From Nitrospirota bacterium (GTDB lineage: Bacteria; Nitrospirota; Nitrospiria; Nitrospirales; Nitrospiraceae), in contig CAVPBK010000011.1 of assembly GCA_963701855.1 (NCBI GenBank), positions 128,001 through 192,000 on the forward strand: 64,000 bases of DNA. Reading direction: 5' to 3'. Below the pieces are notes generated by a model that saw nothing but the letters and a program-made list of their open reading frames with translations, was not told where the DNA came from and did no database searches. Positions within the stretch are counted from its first letter, which is position 1. Every line of letters starts with the position of its first letter. This document shows, piece by piece, positions 22,485-32,784 of this stretch. The position numbers and the translations under genes were made by a program.

Positions 22485-23840
22485 CTAGGTCTTCCCACTC
22501 TCGATTAATTTGAGCATTTCCTGGTTGTTTGTAAATTTGAACTCCCCGATACAGTCCTCGCCCCAGTGACTTTTTTCATTCGACTCGAGTATGCGGAGCC
22601 CCGCCACATCGACCGGGTGACTCTTGTGCTTCGTGAGAATTGCGGCGAGCTTGCCGAGGACGACTTTTACGTCAAGGTGGTTACTCGATGTTTTCGTCGA
22701 GAGGTATTTGGCGACAACTTCCGCACACCAATCCCCGTCTCGTTTGGCGATGCCGACTAATCCTTCGCTCGCCTTCCGTGCCCACCCAGCGAGAAATACA
22801 CCGTCCACGATCTTGCCTGTGGTTTCGTCATAGGCTTGGAAGAGTGCGTCGTCCGGATCATTGCCAGTCTTGTTAGGGTTCGTGACGAACAGGCCGTTTT
22901 TGTATGGCAGCCCAACGGTCTCATCGACTTTGTCGCCGACGGCAAAGACCACGGCATCACAAGGGAATTCATAATACTGCTTCAGCCCGACCGCGACCGT
23001 ATCCTCGCCTTTTGGATCAAGCTTGTTGTCTTCCATCTCCAGTCCACGAACCCGATTGTTCTCGTCCACAAGAATGCGTTTCGGAGAGGCCAAAAACTTG
23101 AAACCCATCTTCGTCTCGCTGACTTTCGGCTCGCATTTCGTAAACTCGTCCATCAGGCCCTTGAGTACCTCGTCTGCATTCTGGCCGACCGCGGCAAGGC
23201 GATCCTTAATCCGAGCGACCTCATTGGCAATCCCGTCCCTATCCATGTTGGCGCAGACCATGCGAATTTCTTTCGGATTGTACTTTCGCTCGACTGGCCC
23301 ACGCCGCACGATCGCTGTGACCCGCTCAACTTTCTTATAGCGAGTCAGCCAATGGGCGATATCGACCATCACGTCCCCGGCGCCGATTATGGCCACGTGC
23401 TTACCCGTCTCAAACGGTCGATCGCCGAATCCAGGAAGCCGATTGAAGTGGTACACGACATCCTTCGCGTGGAACACACCCTTGGCCGAGTCCCCTTCCA
23501 CACCGATAGCTTTGGTGCCTTGCGCGCCGATAGAAAACACGACTGCGCTGGCGCCAAGATTTCGAACCTCATCGACGGTGAGATCTTTACCGTTGCCGAT
23601 GGATACATTTCCAAAGTAATGGACGTTCGGTCTCTCGATCAATTCCCAGTACTGTTTTTTGAGACCGCCGCGCAGTTTGAGTTTTGAGGGAAAGATCCCA
23701 TATTCAGCCAACCCCCCGAACTTGATGTCCCGATTCAGAATGATCACCTCATGGCCCGCCTTTGCGAGGGTACTGGCTACTGCCATACCTGCTGGCCCAG
23801 CGCCAATCAGAAGAATCACATGCGCGTTTGTTGCACTCAT
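22485..23840 (-). CDS. FAD-dependent oxidoreductase, ferredoxin-NADP+/adrenodoxin reductase-like
   Basis: IGAGPAG, GGLAEYGI, IGAGDV, C-terminal AGWARK. Confidence 0.8.
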   Translation of the reverse strand: MSATNAHVILLIGAGPAGMAVASTLAKAGHEVIILNRDIKFGGLAEYGIFPSKLKLRGGLKKQYWELIERPNVHYFGNVSIGNGKDLTVDEVRNLGASAVVFSIGAQGTKAIGVEGDSAKGVFHAKDVVYHFNRLPGFGDRPFETGKHVAIIGAGDVMVDIAHWLTRYKKVERVTAIVRRGPVERKYNPKEIRMVCANMDRDGIANEVARIKDRLAAVGQNADEVLKGLMDEFTKCEPKVSETKMGFKFLASPKRILVDENNRVRGLEMEDNKLDPKGEDTVAVGLKQYYEFPCDAVVFAVGDKVDETVGLPYKNGLFVTNPNKTGNDPDDALFQAYDETTGKIVDGVFLAGWARKASEGLVGIAKRDGDWCAEVVAKYLSTKTSSNHLDVKVVLGKLAAILTKHKSHPVDVAGLRILESNEKSHWGEDCIGEFKFTNNQEMLKLIESGKT

Positions 23841-24036
23841 GAGTTATTTCCAAGGAAAATCTGACAGTGAATCGACCAGAACCCCAACAGTTCCGCGGAC
23901 TTTAGCATAGGGGCTTTTGCGCTGTCAAAAGTGATTGGCTGGAATTGAAGGACCGCAGAACCAGAGGACCCAGTGCGAGGGTGTTGAGCCATCGTCACCG
24001 GGTCCTTGGTTGTGCTGCTAGGCGAGACTGAAGAGT

Positions 24037-26061
24037 CTAATGATCATCATGGTGATCATCAGACCCGATCGGATTCCGCTGGCCTTTTGTCAACTGGATC
24101 TTCCATATGGGAGGAAGCTCCTGGACCCAGCCATTGTAGATAACAGGGACAGGCAACACACCCTGAGCGCCCATGCCTCTGTTCCCGTTGATCGCATCAT
24201 CGTTCGGGGCGTTGTCATTAGCCAGGATTACCCAGCCTGCAATTTTTGCATCGGACGCATCACCATCATTGTTCGGATCGTAATCCAAGACGATCAAGCG
24301 GTTGGAAAATTTTGGCGTGACGTAGGCGTAGTACCCGCCACCTTTTTTTGCTCCAAAATTCACTCCGTGGCAACCTGGATCACAGGAAAGTATTTTCACA
24401 ATCGTATCGGTTTTCGTACTCACGATGGTAATGGTGCCGCCTAAGGTATTACCCGTGACCATAAATTTCCCGTCAGGACTCACAGGAGTCTGCACGGGAA
24501 ATCCACCTATCAGACCATCTATGCATTTGCCGCCCTTGCACCCATCAACCAGGTCATACCCCTGAAGCAAGGAGATGTCTTTGATTTTCTCCCCCGGCTG
24601 GTAGATTTTTCCATACCACAGCTTCCGCTTCGGGCCGTTCATGACTGATATCGAGTGGCCGAGATAGTTCGTCACATAGTATTTACTCGAATCTGGCATC
24701 ATGCTGGCCGCAATAGACACGGCTCCTGTGTCATGCTTCGCGAGTACATGGCCCGTATTAAAGCCGGTGAATTCGTACAGCGTCGAGTCGGCCGAATTGG
24801 AGTTGGGTGTGACCATGTGCCCGCCGTCGAACCCCATCCAATGGGCATGGGGCTGCGTTTGCTTTGTTGGATGGTTGGGATCTTGCATCGAGATCGTTCG
24901 CTGGTACGAAAGTAAGCCGGAACCTGGGTTCCTGTTCAGTTCCACCACTCCATCTTCGCCATTAAGCCCTGTATGGACTTGCTGCGTGTCCACCCGTGTC
25001 ATGACATGGGCAGGGTCATACCCGACCTCGATTTCCTGCAAAAGATGGCCAGTAACACGATCGAGCACGAACAAGCTCTTACCATGCCACTCCGTCTGAT
25101 AAATCTGCCGCTGATCGTGGCTGGTCCACATGTTGTGGCCGTTGTTCATCTTTTGGTCAGGCAGGGCGATCTTTCGTTTAACTTCCCAATTGCGGTCAGG
25201 CAACAGAGCATCGACTTCCACCACGCTCATCGTTCCAGGGAAGCCCGGCCGTTTCCTGGCACTCAACTCAAATTGGGTATCGACCCACACTTCTCCAACC
25301 CCCTTGATGTGGGGTTTCTGCTGCGTCGGGATAGCATCACCATCAAATGTTGCCTGGAGTGCCGCGTTTAAATCTGGAACGATTGCGCCGCCAGTGACGA
25401 CGACAGGCACGGGAGGATAGGCTGGCTTATAGGGGATTCCAACCTTTGTATAGTCTTTCCAATTGGATGGATTGGTCACGATAAAGAAGGCGCGCAACGC
25501 CCGCAGTCCAAGATTTGAATTGCTGGGAAATGTCAGGTTCGCCGGATCCGTGACTTCTCTATTCACCAGCAGCGTGAGCTTGTCACCGATGTCATATGCC
25601 GGTACCGTCTGCCCCTTCCCGTCCACTGTCGTTGTGGTCGGGTTGTCAACGATGACCCCAGCGAGCATGTAGGGATGGAGCTTGCACACAAAGACATACA
25701 AGCCCGGGGTGCTCAGTGTCACGGAATGATCATTCTGACTCGCCTTATCCTCGTCGAGGAGTTCATTCGGTTGGGCATTCGACGGCCAGATCAGGCTCGT
25801 AACGGTGTGCCTGCTTTCTACACGAGAGGGGCCAGGGCCAGAAGGGCCAAATTTCGAACTTTTCATAAGGAACGTAATCGTCTCACCAGCTCGTGTGCTA
25901 GGGACGATTGCGAGTGAGCGAGTACCGGCGATGTCAGTGCCACTATCGAACCAACGGCCTGGCTCATCGGTCACATCAAAATATGTAGTGCCGGCCTGGG
26001 CCATACCAGCCGTGCCCCACAGTAATCCAGATACCAAGAATGCTGCTCGAACGTATTTCAT
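24037..26061 (-). CDS. Secreted protein: N-terminal cupredoxin-like domain plus YVTN-type beta-propeller
   Basis: Signal peptide ending AQA; HTVT...YVFVCKLHPYM type-1 copper motif; YYVTNYLGHSISV and SPDGKFMVTGN blades; His-rich tail. Confidence 0.75.
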   Translation of the reverse strand: MKYVRAAFLVSGLLWGTAGMAQAGTTYFDVTDEPGRWFDSGTDIAGTRSLAIVPSTRAGETITFLMKSSKFGPSGPGPSRVESRHTVTSLIWPSNAQPNELLDEDKASQNDHSVTLSTPGLYVFVCKLHPYMLAGVIVDNPTTTTVDGKGQTVPAYDIGDKLTLLVNREVTDPANLTFPSNSNLGLRALRAFFIVTNPSNWKDYTKVGIPYKPAYPPVPVVVTGGAIVPDLNAALQATFDGDAIPTQQKPHIKGVGEVWVDTQFELSARKRPGFPGTMSVVEVDALLPDRNWEVKRKIALPDQKMNNGHNMWTSHDQRQIYQTEWHGKSLFVLDRVTGHLLQEIEVGYDPAHVMTRVDTQQVHTGLNGEDGVVELNRNPGSGLLSYQRTISMQDPNHPTKQTQPHAHWMGFDGGHMVTPNSNSADSTLYEFTGFNTGHVLAKHDTGAVSIAASMMPDSSKYYVTNYLGHSISVMNGPKRKLWYGKIYQPGEKIKDISLLQGYDLVDGCKGGKCIDGLIGGFPVQTPVSPDGKFMVTGNTLGGTITIVSTKTDTIVKILSCDPGCHGVNFGAKKGGGYYAYVTPKFSNRLIVLDYDPNNDGDASDAKIAGWVILANDNAPNDDAINGNRGMGAQGVLPVPVIYNGWVQELPPIWKIQLTKGQRNPIGSDDHHDDH

Positions 26062-26232
26062 AGAACCTCCTTACCAAATAACTTGCCATTGACCATGAGG
26101 GAATATCACTTCAGAAATCGAGTGAGGCAACCCTTCTCGATTTTGTGAATCGGACCTCCTTTCTGACAGCTGCTATTGGTTGCTAGCATTTTGTTTTTGC
26201 CTGTTCAGGCAGCCGCTGCTTTACAGTGCTAT

Positions 26233-26781
26233 TCAGCTCCGCTCTCGTTCCTGCTCAGCAGCCCAGTACCGTTCGATAATTTCAATTGCTTTCGCCTGCA
26301 CGGCTGGGTCTTCGTCATCCATGGCCTCGAATAGTGGATCAAGAGGTGCCGAGGTCTCCTTTGACCCCCAGTGGCTCATGGCCCGAAGCCGTACACTGGC
26401 ATCGGGAGAGTTGAGGTCTTTGGTTATCAAGTCGGGTATAAGGGGGACCGAGTTAGCGTTGGGCATTTCAGCAGGCTGGGATTGAATCCGGTCTCCAGAG
26501 CCTCTGATGTTCACACCTGGGACGCCCCCGGTGCCTGACGCAGAGCCAGTCCCATTAGCTGCGGCAAAAGGCATAGGGTTGGTCGCCGGAGGGGCTGGGT
26601 CGTTGCGTGGCGACAAACTCTTCTGAGCCAGAGGCGGTCCTGCCACGTTCGCGCGCGGCCCGGAGGTTGGTGCATTGTCAGACGCCGGCCCGCAGCCGAC
26701 CAATCCCGCGAAGAGTACAGCGCTCAGGAGCAATGCTATGCGCGGATACAACAGATGCAGGGACGGTCGTGACGGACGCAT
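26233..26781 (-). CDS. Lipoprotein with HEAT-like repeat
   Basis: Lipobox LVGC; DLNSPDASVRLRA and AMDDEDPAVQAKA. Confidence 0.7.
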   Translation of the reverse strand: MRPSRPSLHLLYPRIALLLSAVLFAGLVGCGPASDNAPTSGPRANVAGPPLAQKSLSPRNDPAPPATNPMPFAAANGTGSASGTGGVPGVNIRGSGDRIQSQPAEMPNANSVPLIPDLITKDLNSPDASVRLRAMSHWGSKETSAPLDPLFEAMDDEDPAVQAKAIEIIERYWAAEQERERS

Positions 26782-27104
26782 GTCTTCAGTCCTTAATCAG
26801 ATGACGTCAACGGTGGGAGCATAAAGAGGCACTGTTTCAGTTTGGTTAGTATTGATTTAATCTTCGCAACAACAACATCTTCTGGTTGTCTGTCTTTGGA
26901 TTTTAATCGTATGATTTGGTTGGGTTTCTCTGCAGCTTGCCTGAGTTTTAAACCGACATGTCATTCACAGGCCTGAACTCATTTCTCCTGCTGTCCCCAG
27001 TTGGGCAATACTTCTAGGCGTTTGCCACATACATAGACAATGCGTCAGATGGCGTACATCGAGCCACGTAATCCACTTTCCACGCGCGATCGACCCAGCC
27101 ATCA

Positions 27105-27308
27105 TCATCGGACGTCTCGAATAACCCGCCGCATCCGCACGATCGCTTCAGTTCGTGTGTGAACATCAAGATGCAGATAGATACGCTGCAGAGGCTTTTG
27201 AATGTAGCGTGGACTAACCTCGAGCACGAGCGCAATTTCCTTGTTCGACATCCCTTGCTGCAGCCAGGAGAGGACTTCGGATTTTCTCTTTGAAAGACCG
27301 TCATCCAT
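27105..27308 (-). CDS. Stand-alone LuxR-type HTH regulator (possibly a relic)
   Basis: LSKRKSEVLSWLQQGMSNKEIALVLEVS...IYLHLDVHTRTEA. Confidence 0.7.
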   Translation of the reverse strand: MDDGLSKRKSEVLSWLQQGMSNKEIALVLEVSPRYIQKPLQRIYLHLDVHTRTEAIVRMRRVIRDVR

Positions 27309-27742
27309 CTTCGTGTTTTTCGGCAAGCCGATCACATTGTGGTTAGGGCGAATGGAATCGGCGGAAGTGCAAGATACAAACCAACTTGCCCGATCATGAG
27401 ATTGATCAGGCCTGCTACCGAATATTGAGATTTGCAAGGAAACTTTGACTCTGCAGAAAGGATGGATGGATCAGAGAACCAGCAATGAGGGAATCTGGTG
27501 AATCACTTCAGATTCATGCTGGATGCAAAATGATTCCATGTGCCGGACACAATGGTAGACCTAGCGGCGAAAATACTCATCCCATCATGGAATAACTGTA
27601 GCCGAGTGGAGGACTGGCCATACGCTTCTGGAAAGAAATGTGGACAGTATGAGATGAACCCATCGTATGCCTGCTTGGAGGGAGCCTGGGACCGCTCACA
27701 TTGCATGTGTTGAACAAGCACAGTGCCGCAGTTTTGCCGCCG

Positions 27743-29179
27743 CTACCCCCCTGCACTTCCAACAGGCCCACCTGGCTCGGTCATACGCCAGGGATCGAGC
27801 AGTTCAGTGAGCCGTTTTTCTGGCAGGACTTTTTGCTCTTTGGCCATCTGACGCACAGTCTTGCCTGATTTGTATGCATCCTTGGCGAGTTTCGCGGCAG
27901 CCTCGTAACCGATCTCTGGCGCCAGGGCGGTGCACATGGCCAGACTTTCCTCGATCAGGCTCTTACAGCGCTCTTCGTTGGCTTTGATGCCGTCGATACA
28001 CTTGACCGCGAAGTTAGTTGACACAGTCGAGAGCAGTTCAATGGATTGTAAGACATTATAGGCCATCACCGGCAGCATAACGATCAGTTCGAAATTGGCC
28101 GCCTGCCCTCCCACTGTCACCGTCACATCGTTTCCAATCACCTGAGCGCAGACCATCGTCACTGATTCGGCAATCACCGGGTTGACTTTGCCCGGCATGA
28201 TGGACGAGCCTGGCTGTGTCTCCGGCAGATTGATCTCTCCGAGCCCACAGCGAGGGCCCGAACCGAGCCAGCGAATGTCGTTAGCGATTTTCATGAGGCT
28301 CACGGCGATGGTCTTTAACTCCCCGCTCGCTTCAACCAACGAATCCTGAGTGGACTGTGCTTCGAAGTGGTTTTTTGCTTCGACAAATGTGCAGCCGGTC
28401 TCTTTCGAAATGATGGACAGTACCTTGGCTGAGAACTTCGGGTGGCAATTGAGACCTGTGCCGACTGCGGTACCGCCGAGCGCGACTTCGCTGAGCGCAG
28501 CTTGCGCGCGCTTGACTCGCTGAATACCTAATTCAATCTGCCTCGCGTACCCGCCGAATTCCTGACCCAATCGAACAGGCGTCGCATCCTGCAAATGAGT
28601 GCGGCCGATCTTGACGATCTTGTCGAACTCTTTGGCTTTGCGAGCGAGCGCTTTCTGCAAGCCAGTGAGTGCCGGAATGAGCTGTTGTTGCATCATTTCC
28701 CCGGCAGCAATATGGATCGCCGTAGGAATCACGTCGTTGCTGGATTGGCCCAGATTGACGTGGTCGTTTGGATGCACCAGCTTGCTGCCTCGTGCTCCGC
28801 CTAACAGCTCGGTGGCACGATTGGAGATCACCTCGTTGGTATTCATGTTCGTCGAGGTGCCTGAGCCGGTTTGGAAAATATCGACTGGGAATTCGGCGTC
28901 GAGCGCTCCCTCAACCACTTCGGTCGCTGCCTGCTTAATCGCATCCGCCGGCTTTTTATCGAGGAGACCGAGCGACTGATTGACCGTTGCAGCAGCACGT
29001 TTGATCAGCCCCATCGCCCTGATCATGGCGCGGGGAAATCGCAACGAGCTGATCGGGAAGTTTTCAATAGCGCGAGCGGTTTGCACACCATAATAGGCCC
29101 TGGCCGGTACGGCCAGCTCGCCCATCGTATCCCGTTCAACTCTGGTCGCAGGTGATGACTGAGTCGCTGTCTTCTTCAT
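27743..29179 (-). CDS. fumC: Class II fumarate hydratase
   Basis: QTGSGTSTNMN, GRTHLQDATP, PGSSIMPGKVNP. Confidence 0.96.
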   Translation of the reverse strand: MKKTATQSSPATRVERDTMGELAVPARAYYGVQTARAIENFPISSLRFPRAMIRAMGLIKRAAATVNQSLGLLDKKPADAIKQAATEVVEGALDAEFPVDIFQTGSGTSTNMNTNEVISNRATELLGGARGSKLVHPNDHVNLGQSSNDVIPTAIHIAAGEMMQQQLIPALTGLQKALARKAKEFDKIVKIGRTHLQDATPVRLGQEFGGYARQIELGIQRVKRAQAALSEVALGGTAVGTGLNCHPKFSAKVLSIISKETGCTFVEAKNHFEAQSTQDSLVEASGELKTIAVSLMKIANDIRWLGSGPRCGLGEINLPETQPGSSIMPGKVNPVIAESVTMVCAQVIGNDVTVTVGGQAANFELIVMLPVMAYNVLQSIELLSTVSTNFAVKCIDGIKANEERCKSLIEESLAMCTALAPEIGYEAAAKLAKDAYKSGKTVRQMAKEQKVLPEKRLTELLDPWRMTEPGGPVGSAGG

Positions 29180-29310
29180 GGATACTACTCCGGTGTAAGG
29201 GTTCTAGATGGTGCGGGCGTCATAATAAACGTTGGCACCTGCTTGCACAAGGGTGTTGGTCGATCTAAAGCGCGTAATGCCAGGCATACTTGATGGTGGG
29301 TAGTAGAGGG

Positions 29311-29344
29311 AAAAAGAAGAGGCCCGCCGGAGCGAGCCTCTTTT
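29311..29344 (-). terminator. Intrinsic terminator after Hsp20 gene
   Basis: Stem aagaggc-cgc/gcg-gcctctt with A run on one side and T run on the other. Confidence 0.65.
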
Positions 29345-29368
29345 CAGACTGGATGCGGCGGTGTGCGA

Positions 29369-29818
29369 TCAGCCGACCTTGACTTCGATCGCTTTCGGCT
29401 TTGCCTTCTCGGACTTGGGAAGCTGGAGATTCAAGACACCATCCTTGAATTCCGCTTTCACCTTCTCCTCATCGACGAGATCGGGCAATGTGAAGCTCCG
29501 AACAAAACTCCCATAGGAGCGCTCGACCCGATGGTACTTTTTGCCGGTCACTTCCTTTTCCTGTTTGCGCTCACCCTGGATCGTGAGGACGCCGTCTTCT
29601 ACCGTCACCTTCACATCCTCTTTTTTCACATCAGGAATCTCCGCCTTGATCTGGTACTCCCCGTCCGTTTCGCTGACGTCCACGGATGGCACCCAGTCGG
29701 CGACGACCATGGTCTCCTTGCCGTTCGTCCGAGGCGACGCAGGACGGCTAATCATCCGATTCAACCGATCCGACATGTCTTCAAGTTCACGAAACGGATC
29801 CCACCGTACGAGTGTCAT
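29369..29818 (-). CDS. Hsp20/alpha-crystallin small heat-shock protein
   Basis: PSVDVSET, GVLTIQGERK, ERSYGSFVRSFTLP, AEFKDGVL. Confidence 0.95.
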   Translation of the reverse strand: MTLVRWDPFRELEDMSDRLNRMISRPASPRTNGKETMVVADWVPSVDVSETDGEYQIKAEIPDVKKEDVKVTVEDGVLTIQGERKQEKEVTGKKYHRVERSYGSFVRSFTLPDLVDEEKVKAEFKDGVLNLQLPKSEKAKPKAIEVKVG

Positions 29819-29938
29819 GATCGACCTCCTTCTTGTTCTTATTCACAGTTTCAGAATGTGGATTCGCCGCGCGCGCCGATTTCTCTGTATGAAAAAGGAG
29901 ATAACTCACGCTGCCGCAGAGTCAAGGGGGATTAAGAT

Positions 29939-30165
29939 TGTTGGAGGTTCGAGGTTGGAGGGTAGAGGCAGCGGGGGAAGGTTGAGGTTGAGGTTAAGGC
30001 TAAGGTTCGGATTGAGAGTACGGTGTGGTGCTGAGTGCTCTGTCCTGAGCCCCTTCCTCAAACCTCGGATTTCCCGCCTTCACCCTTCTCCCCCTCAACC
30101 TTAGCCTCAACCTTCTTGTTCCTGCCTCCAACCTCTAACCTCACGCCTCAAGCTCTTCAACCTCA
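29939..30165. repeat. Nested inverted simple-repeat tract (AGGTTGG heptamers outside, AGGTTG hexamers inside)
   Basis: G-rich left arm mirrored by CAACCT/TCCAACC right arm. Confidence 0.8.
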
Positions 30166-30170
30166 TCCTG

Positions 30171-31304
30171 TTAGCGTTGGTCAATGGGCACGTACGGTCG
30201 ATTATGCTCACCGGAATAGATTTGATCAGGACGGAACAGTTTATTCTCGCGAAGTTGCTCCAACCAGTGGGCCAGCCACCCCGACACCCGCGCCATCGCG
30301 AATAACGGAGTGAACAGATCGGTCTCGATACCCATCTTGTCGTAGACGATCCCGGAGTAAAAGTCGACGTTGGGATAAATCCCCTTTCCCTTTAGCAGCT
30401 CTTCTGCAACCCGTTCGACCTCTAGGGCGACCTCATATAACGGTGAACTACCATTTTCCTTGAAGAGTCTTTCGCAGAGACCTTGTAAGATCGTCGCACG
30501 GGGATCTTTGACTTTATACACCCGGTGACCGAAGCCCATCAGCCTCTGTTTTGCGCGGACCTGTTCTTCGAGATACAGCCTGGCCTTTCCTGGCTCACCG
30601 ATCTCTTTCAGCATTTGCACAACTTCTTCGTTGGCCCCGCCGTGCAGCGGGCCCTTCAGGGCCCCGATTGAAGAGGCGACGACAGTATAGGGATCGGCCA
30701 GCGTCGATGCGGTGACCATGCCGGTGAAGGTTGAGGCATTCATCGTGTGCTCGGCATGGAGGATCAGGCAGTCGTCGAAAATGCTGCTCCACAAATGAAG
30801 GGGCTCCGTCTCAGTCAGCATGTAGAGAAAGTTTTCCGAAAATCCAAGATCGTCGCGCGGTGGAATATACTCATTCCCATGCCGCAGACGCGCCCAGGCC
30901 GCGACGATTGTAGGCAGCTTTGCCACGAGCCTGACGGCAGACCAATAGTTATTTTCAATGTCCTGGACATTACGGCCAGGATAAAACATGCCTAACGCAG
31001 CGACTGCAGCCTGCAGGGCGTCCATGGGATGCCCCTGCTCAGGAAGGCATTTCAATAAATCGACAATCCTGAATTTGATCCGGCGGTGATGGATGATATC
31101 CTCGTTCCATCGAGCGAGCTGTGATTCAGTGGGAAGGTGTCCGAATAGCAACAGATAGGCGGTTTCGAGATAGGTCGACCGCAGACAGAGTTCTTCAACC
31201 CGAATACCACGATATTCCAGCACACCTCGCTGCCCGTCTACATCGCTGATCGCAGATTTGGCTGCGGGAACCCCAGCGAGTCCCGGCATAAAGTCATGTG
31301 GCAT
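30171..31304 (-). CDS. Citrate synthase
   Basis: LHAEHTMNAST, GPLHGGAN, GFGHRVY, PNVDFYSG. Confidence 0.95.
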   Translation of the reverse strand: MPHDFMPGLAGVPAAKSAISDVDGQRGVLEYRGIRVEELCLRSTYLETAYLLLFGHLPTESQLARWNEDIIHHRRIKFRIVDLLKCLPEQGHPMDALQAAVAALGMFYPGRNVQDIENNYWSAVRLVAKLPTIVAAWARLRHGNEYIPPRDDLGFSENFLYMLTETEPLHLWSSIFDDCLILHAEHTMNASTFTGMVTASTLADPYTVVASSIGALKGPLHGGANEEVVQMLKEIGEPGKARLYLEEQVRAKQRLMGFGHRVYKVKDPRATILQGLCERLFKENGSSPLYEVALEVERVAEELLKGKGIYPNVDFYSGIVYDKMGIETDLFTPLFAMARVSGWLAHWLEQLRENKLFRPDQIYSGEHNRPYVPIDQR

Positions 31305-31486
31305 GATCGTGCTCCTTAGCCCGTAGCGCGTGAAACGCGAGACAGGCGCGAAACGTTTTCCGCAGCCTGTTAGAATCGAGACAGTCTATCATGTTCGGAG
31401 CGCAGGATCTTGAAATGGCGCTGATCGGTTGGCATACTAAATTTTCGGCTGTTCATTCGAGGAACGATGCGCAAAGAGGGTAAGCG

Positions 31487-31876
31487 ATGACGTTGCATCT
31501 GTCCCTCCTGCTGTTGCTATTCAGTTTCATCACGATGGGAACAGCCTCCTTGGTCCAGGCCGACAGCGAGATCCTCGGTTTTGCCGTCGTGAGCGAAATA
31601 CCAAAAGATAAGGCGCGGGTGTCAGCAAAAGTCTCAGTGAATGACGCAGTGTCGGATATGAAGCTGCTCGCGTCGGAAACAATCCTGAATAATCTCATTT
31701 GGAAAAAGCTAGAAATCTGTCATGCCATGAGGGTGGAAGGGTACAAAGTCGCCGAAGGTTTTCAAATTATCACAGTGCGTGTGATCGACGCCGGCATGCT
31801 GCCGATGTCCTTACAGTCTTTTGCGGGCGATTGCTTGATTAAGAAAGCCGTCGAGATCGCGCCACTGGTGGATTGA
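31487..31876 (+). CDS. Secreted hypothetical protein
   Basis: Signal peptide, GAGGG RBS, no recognised domain. Confidence 0.65.
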   Translation: MTLHLSLLLLLFSFITMGTASLVQADSEILGFAVVSEIPKDKARVSAKVSVNDAVSDMKLLASETILNNLIWKKLEICHAMRVEGYKVAEGFQIITVRVIDAGMLPMSLQSFAGDCLIKKAVEIAPLVD

Positions 31877-31949
31877 CAGGAGAGGTTGAGGTCTAGGCTC
31901 AGGTTAAGCGAGCAAGCATTCCGACCTCAGCCTCATCCTTATCCTCAGC

Positions 31950-32330
31950 CTATTTCAACCCCCGGCATTCCGGACAAGAACTGGGCTCTTCTGCTGACTC
32001 ACACTCTTCTGCAGTCAAGGGGAAGAGTTGTTCGCACTGCCGACAGGGACGAATTTCAAAATAGCTGGTTCCCTTGTCGTCAATATCGGTGGGTAAGAGC
32101 AATTCGAACGGGTCATACCCGATTGCGCCGCCGTCGGAGAATTTGACGATGGCGAGGCGGTCATTAAAGACCTCGAAGGTTCCTTCTTGCCCTTTTCGGG
32201 CCAAGACATGCCCGAGGACGAACACCGGCTGCCCCTTGCGCTTGGTACGGAGGTCTCGTAAGGTGTGCTGCGTGTCTGTGGTGCAGGAAAACTGCCCACT
32301 GGAGCTAGTTCCGAAGATTGGCGTCGGCAT
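31950..32330 (-). CDS. Hypothetical protein with C-terminal zinc ribbon
   Basis: CRQC...CPEC. Confidence 0.65.
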   Translation of the reverse strand: MPTPIFGTSSSGQFSCTTDTQHTLRDLRTKRKGQPVFVLGHVLARKGQEGTFEVFNDRLAIVKFSDGGAIGYDPFELLLPTDIDDKGTSYFEIRPCRQCEQLFPLTAEECESAEEPSSCPECRGLK

Positions 32331-32428
32331 AATGGACCTTCACATAGATGAGATGAGATGAGATCCGTGTATCACACGGATAAAAATGGCGTCAAGGCCG
32401 GCGAGACGCTGAGATTAGGAGTTTGAAC

Positions 32429-32779
32429 ATGGCAGAGGTAACGATTTACCAGAAACCGACCTGCAGCACATGCCGTCAGGCGGTACAGTTGTTACAAGAG
32501 AGCGGCACACCCTTTAAGGCCGTCAACTACTATGAGAAGCCCTTCACAAAGGCGCAGCTCAAGAATCTTTTGAAGAAAGCGGGACTTTCGCCGAAGGATA
32601 TCCTAAGAACCAAAGAAGACATCTACAAGGAGCTCGGTTTAGCAAAAAAGACTCTGTCGGATGACGAATGGCTCGATGTGCTCGTGACCCATCCAGATCT
32701 CATTCAGCGTCCGATTGTCGAAAAGGGCGAGAAGGTGATTTTGGCTAGACCGGCGGAGTCTGTGAAAGAACTTCTCTAG
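32429..32779 (+). CDS. ArsC/Spx/MgsR family protein
   Basis: YQKPTCSTCRQA, LIQRPIV. Confidence 0.9.
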   Translation: MAEVTIYQKPTCSTCRQAVQLLQESGTPFKAVNYYEKPFTKAQLKNLLKKAGLSPKDILRTKEDIYKELGLAKKTLSDDEWLDVLVTHPDLIQRPIVEKGEKVILARPAESVKELL

Positions 32780-32784
32780 CAGGC

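Noticed and set aside
24037..26061. Calling the copper/propeller protein NosZ, NirK, NirS or a multicopper oxidase
   Set aside because: No CuA motif, no canonical CxxCH cytochrome domain, no HxH multicopper motif set; domain order differs.
29232..29248. TGGCACCTGCTTGCA as a sigma54 promoter
   Set aside because: GG-to-GC spacing is 9 rather than 10 nt and it points away from fumC.
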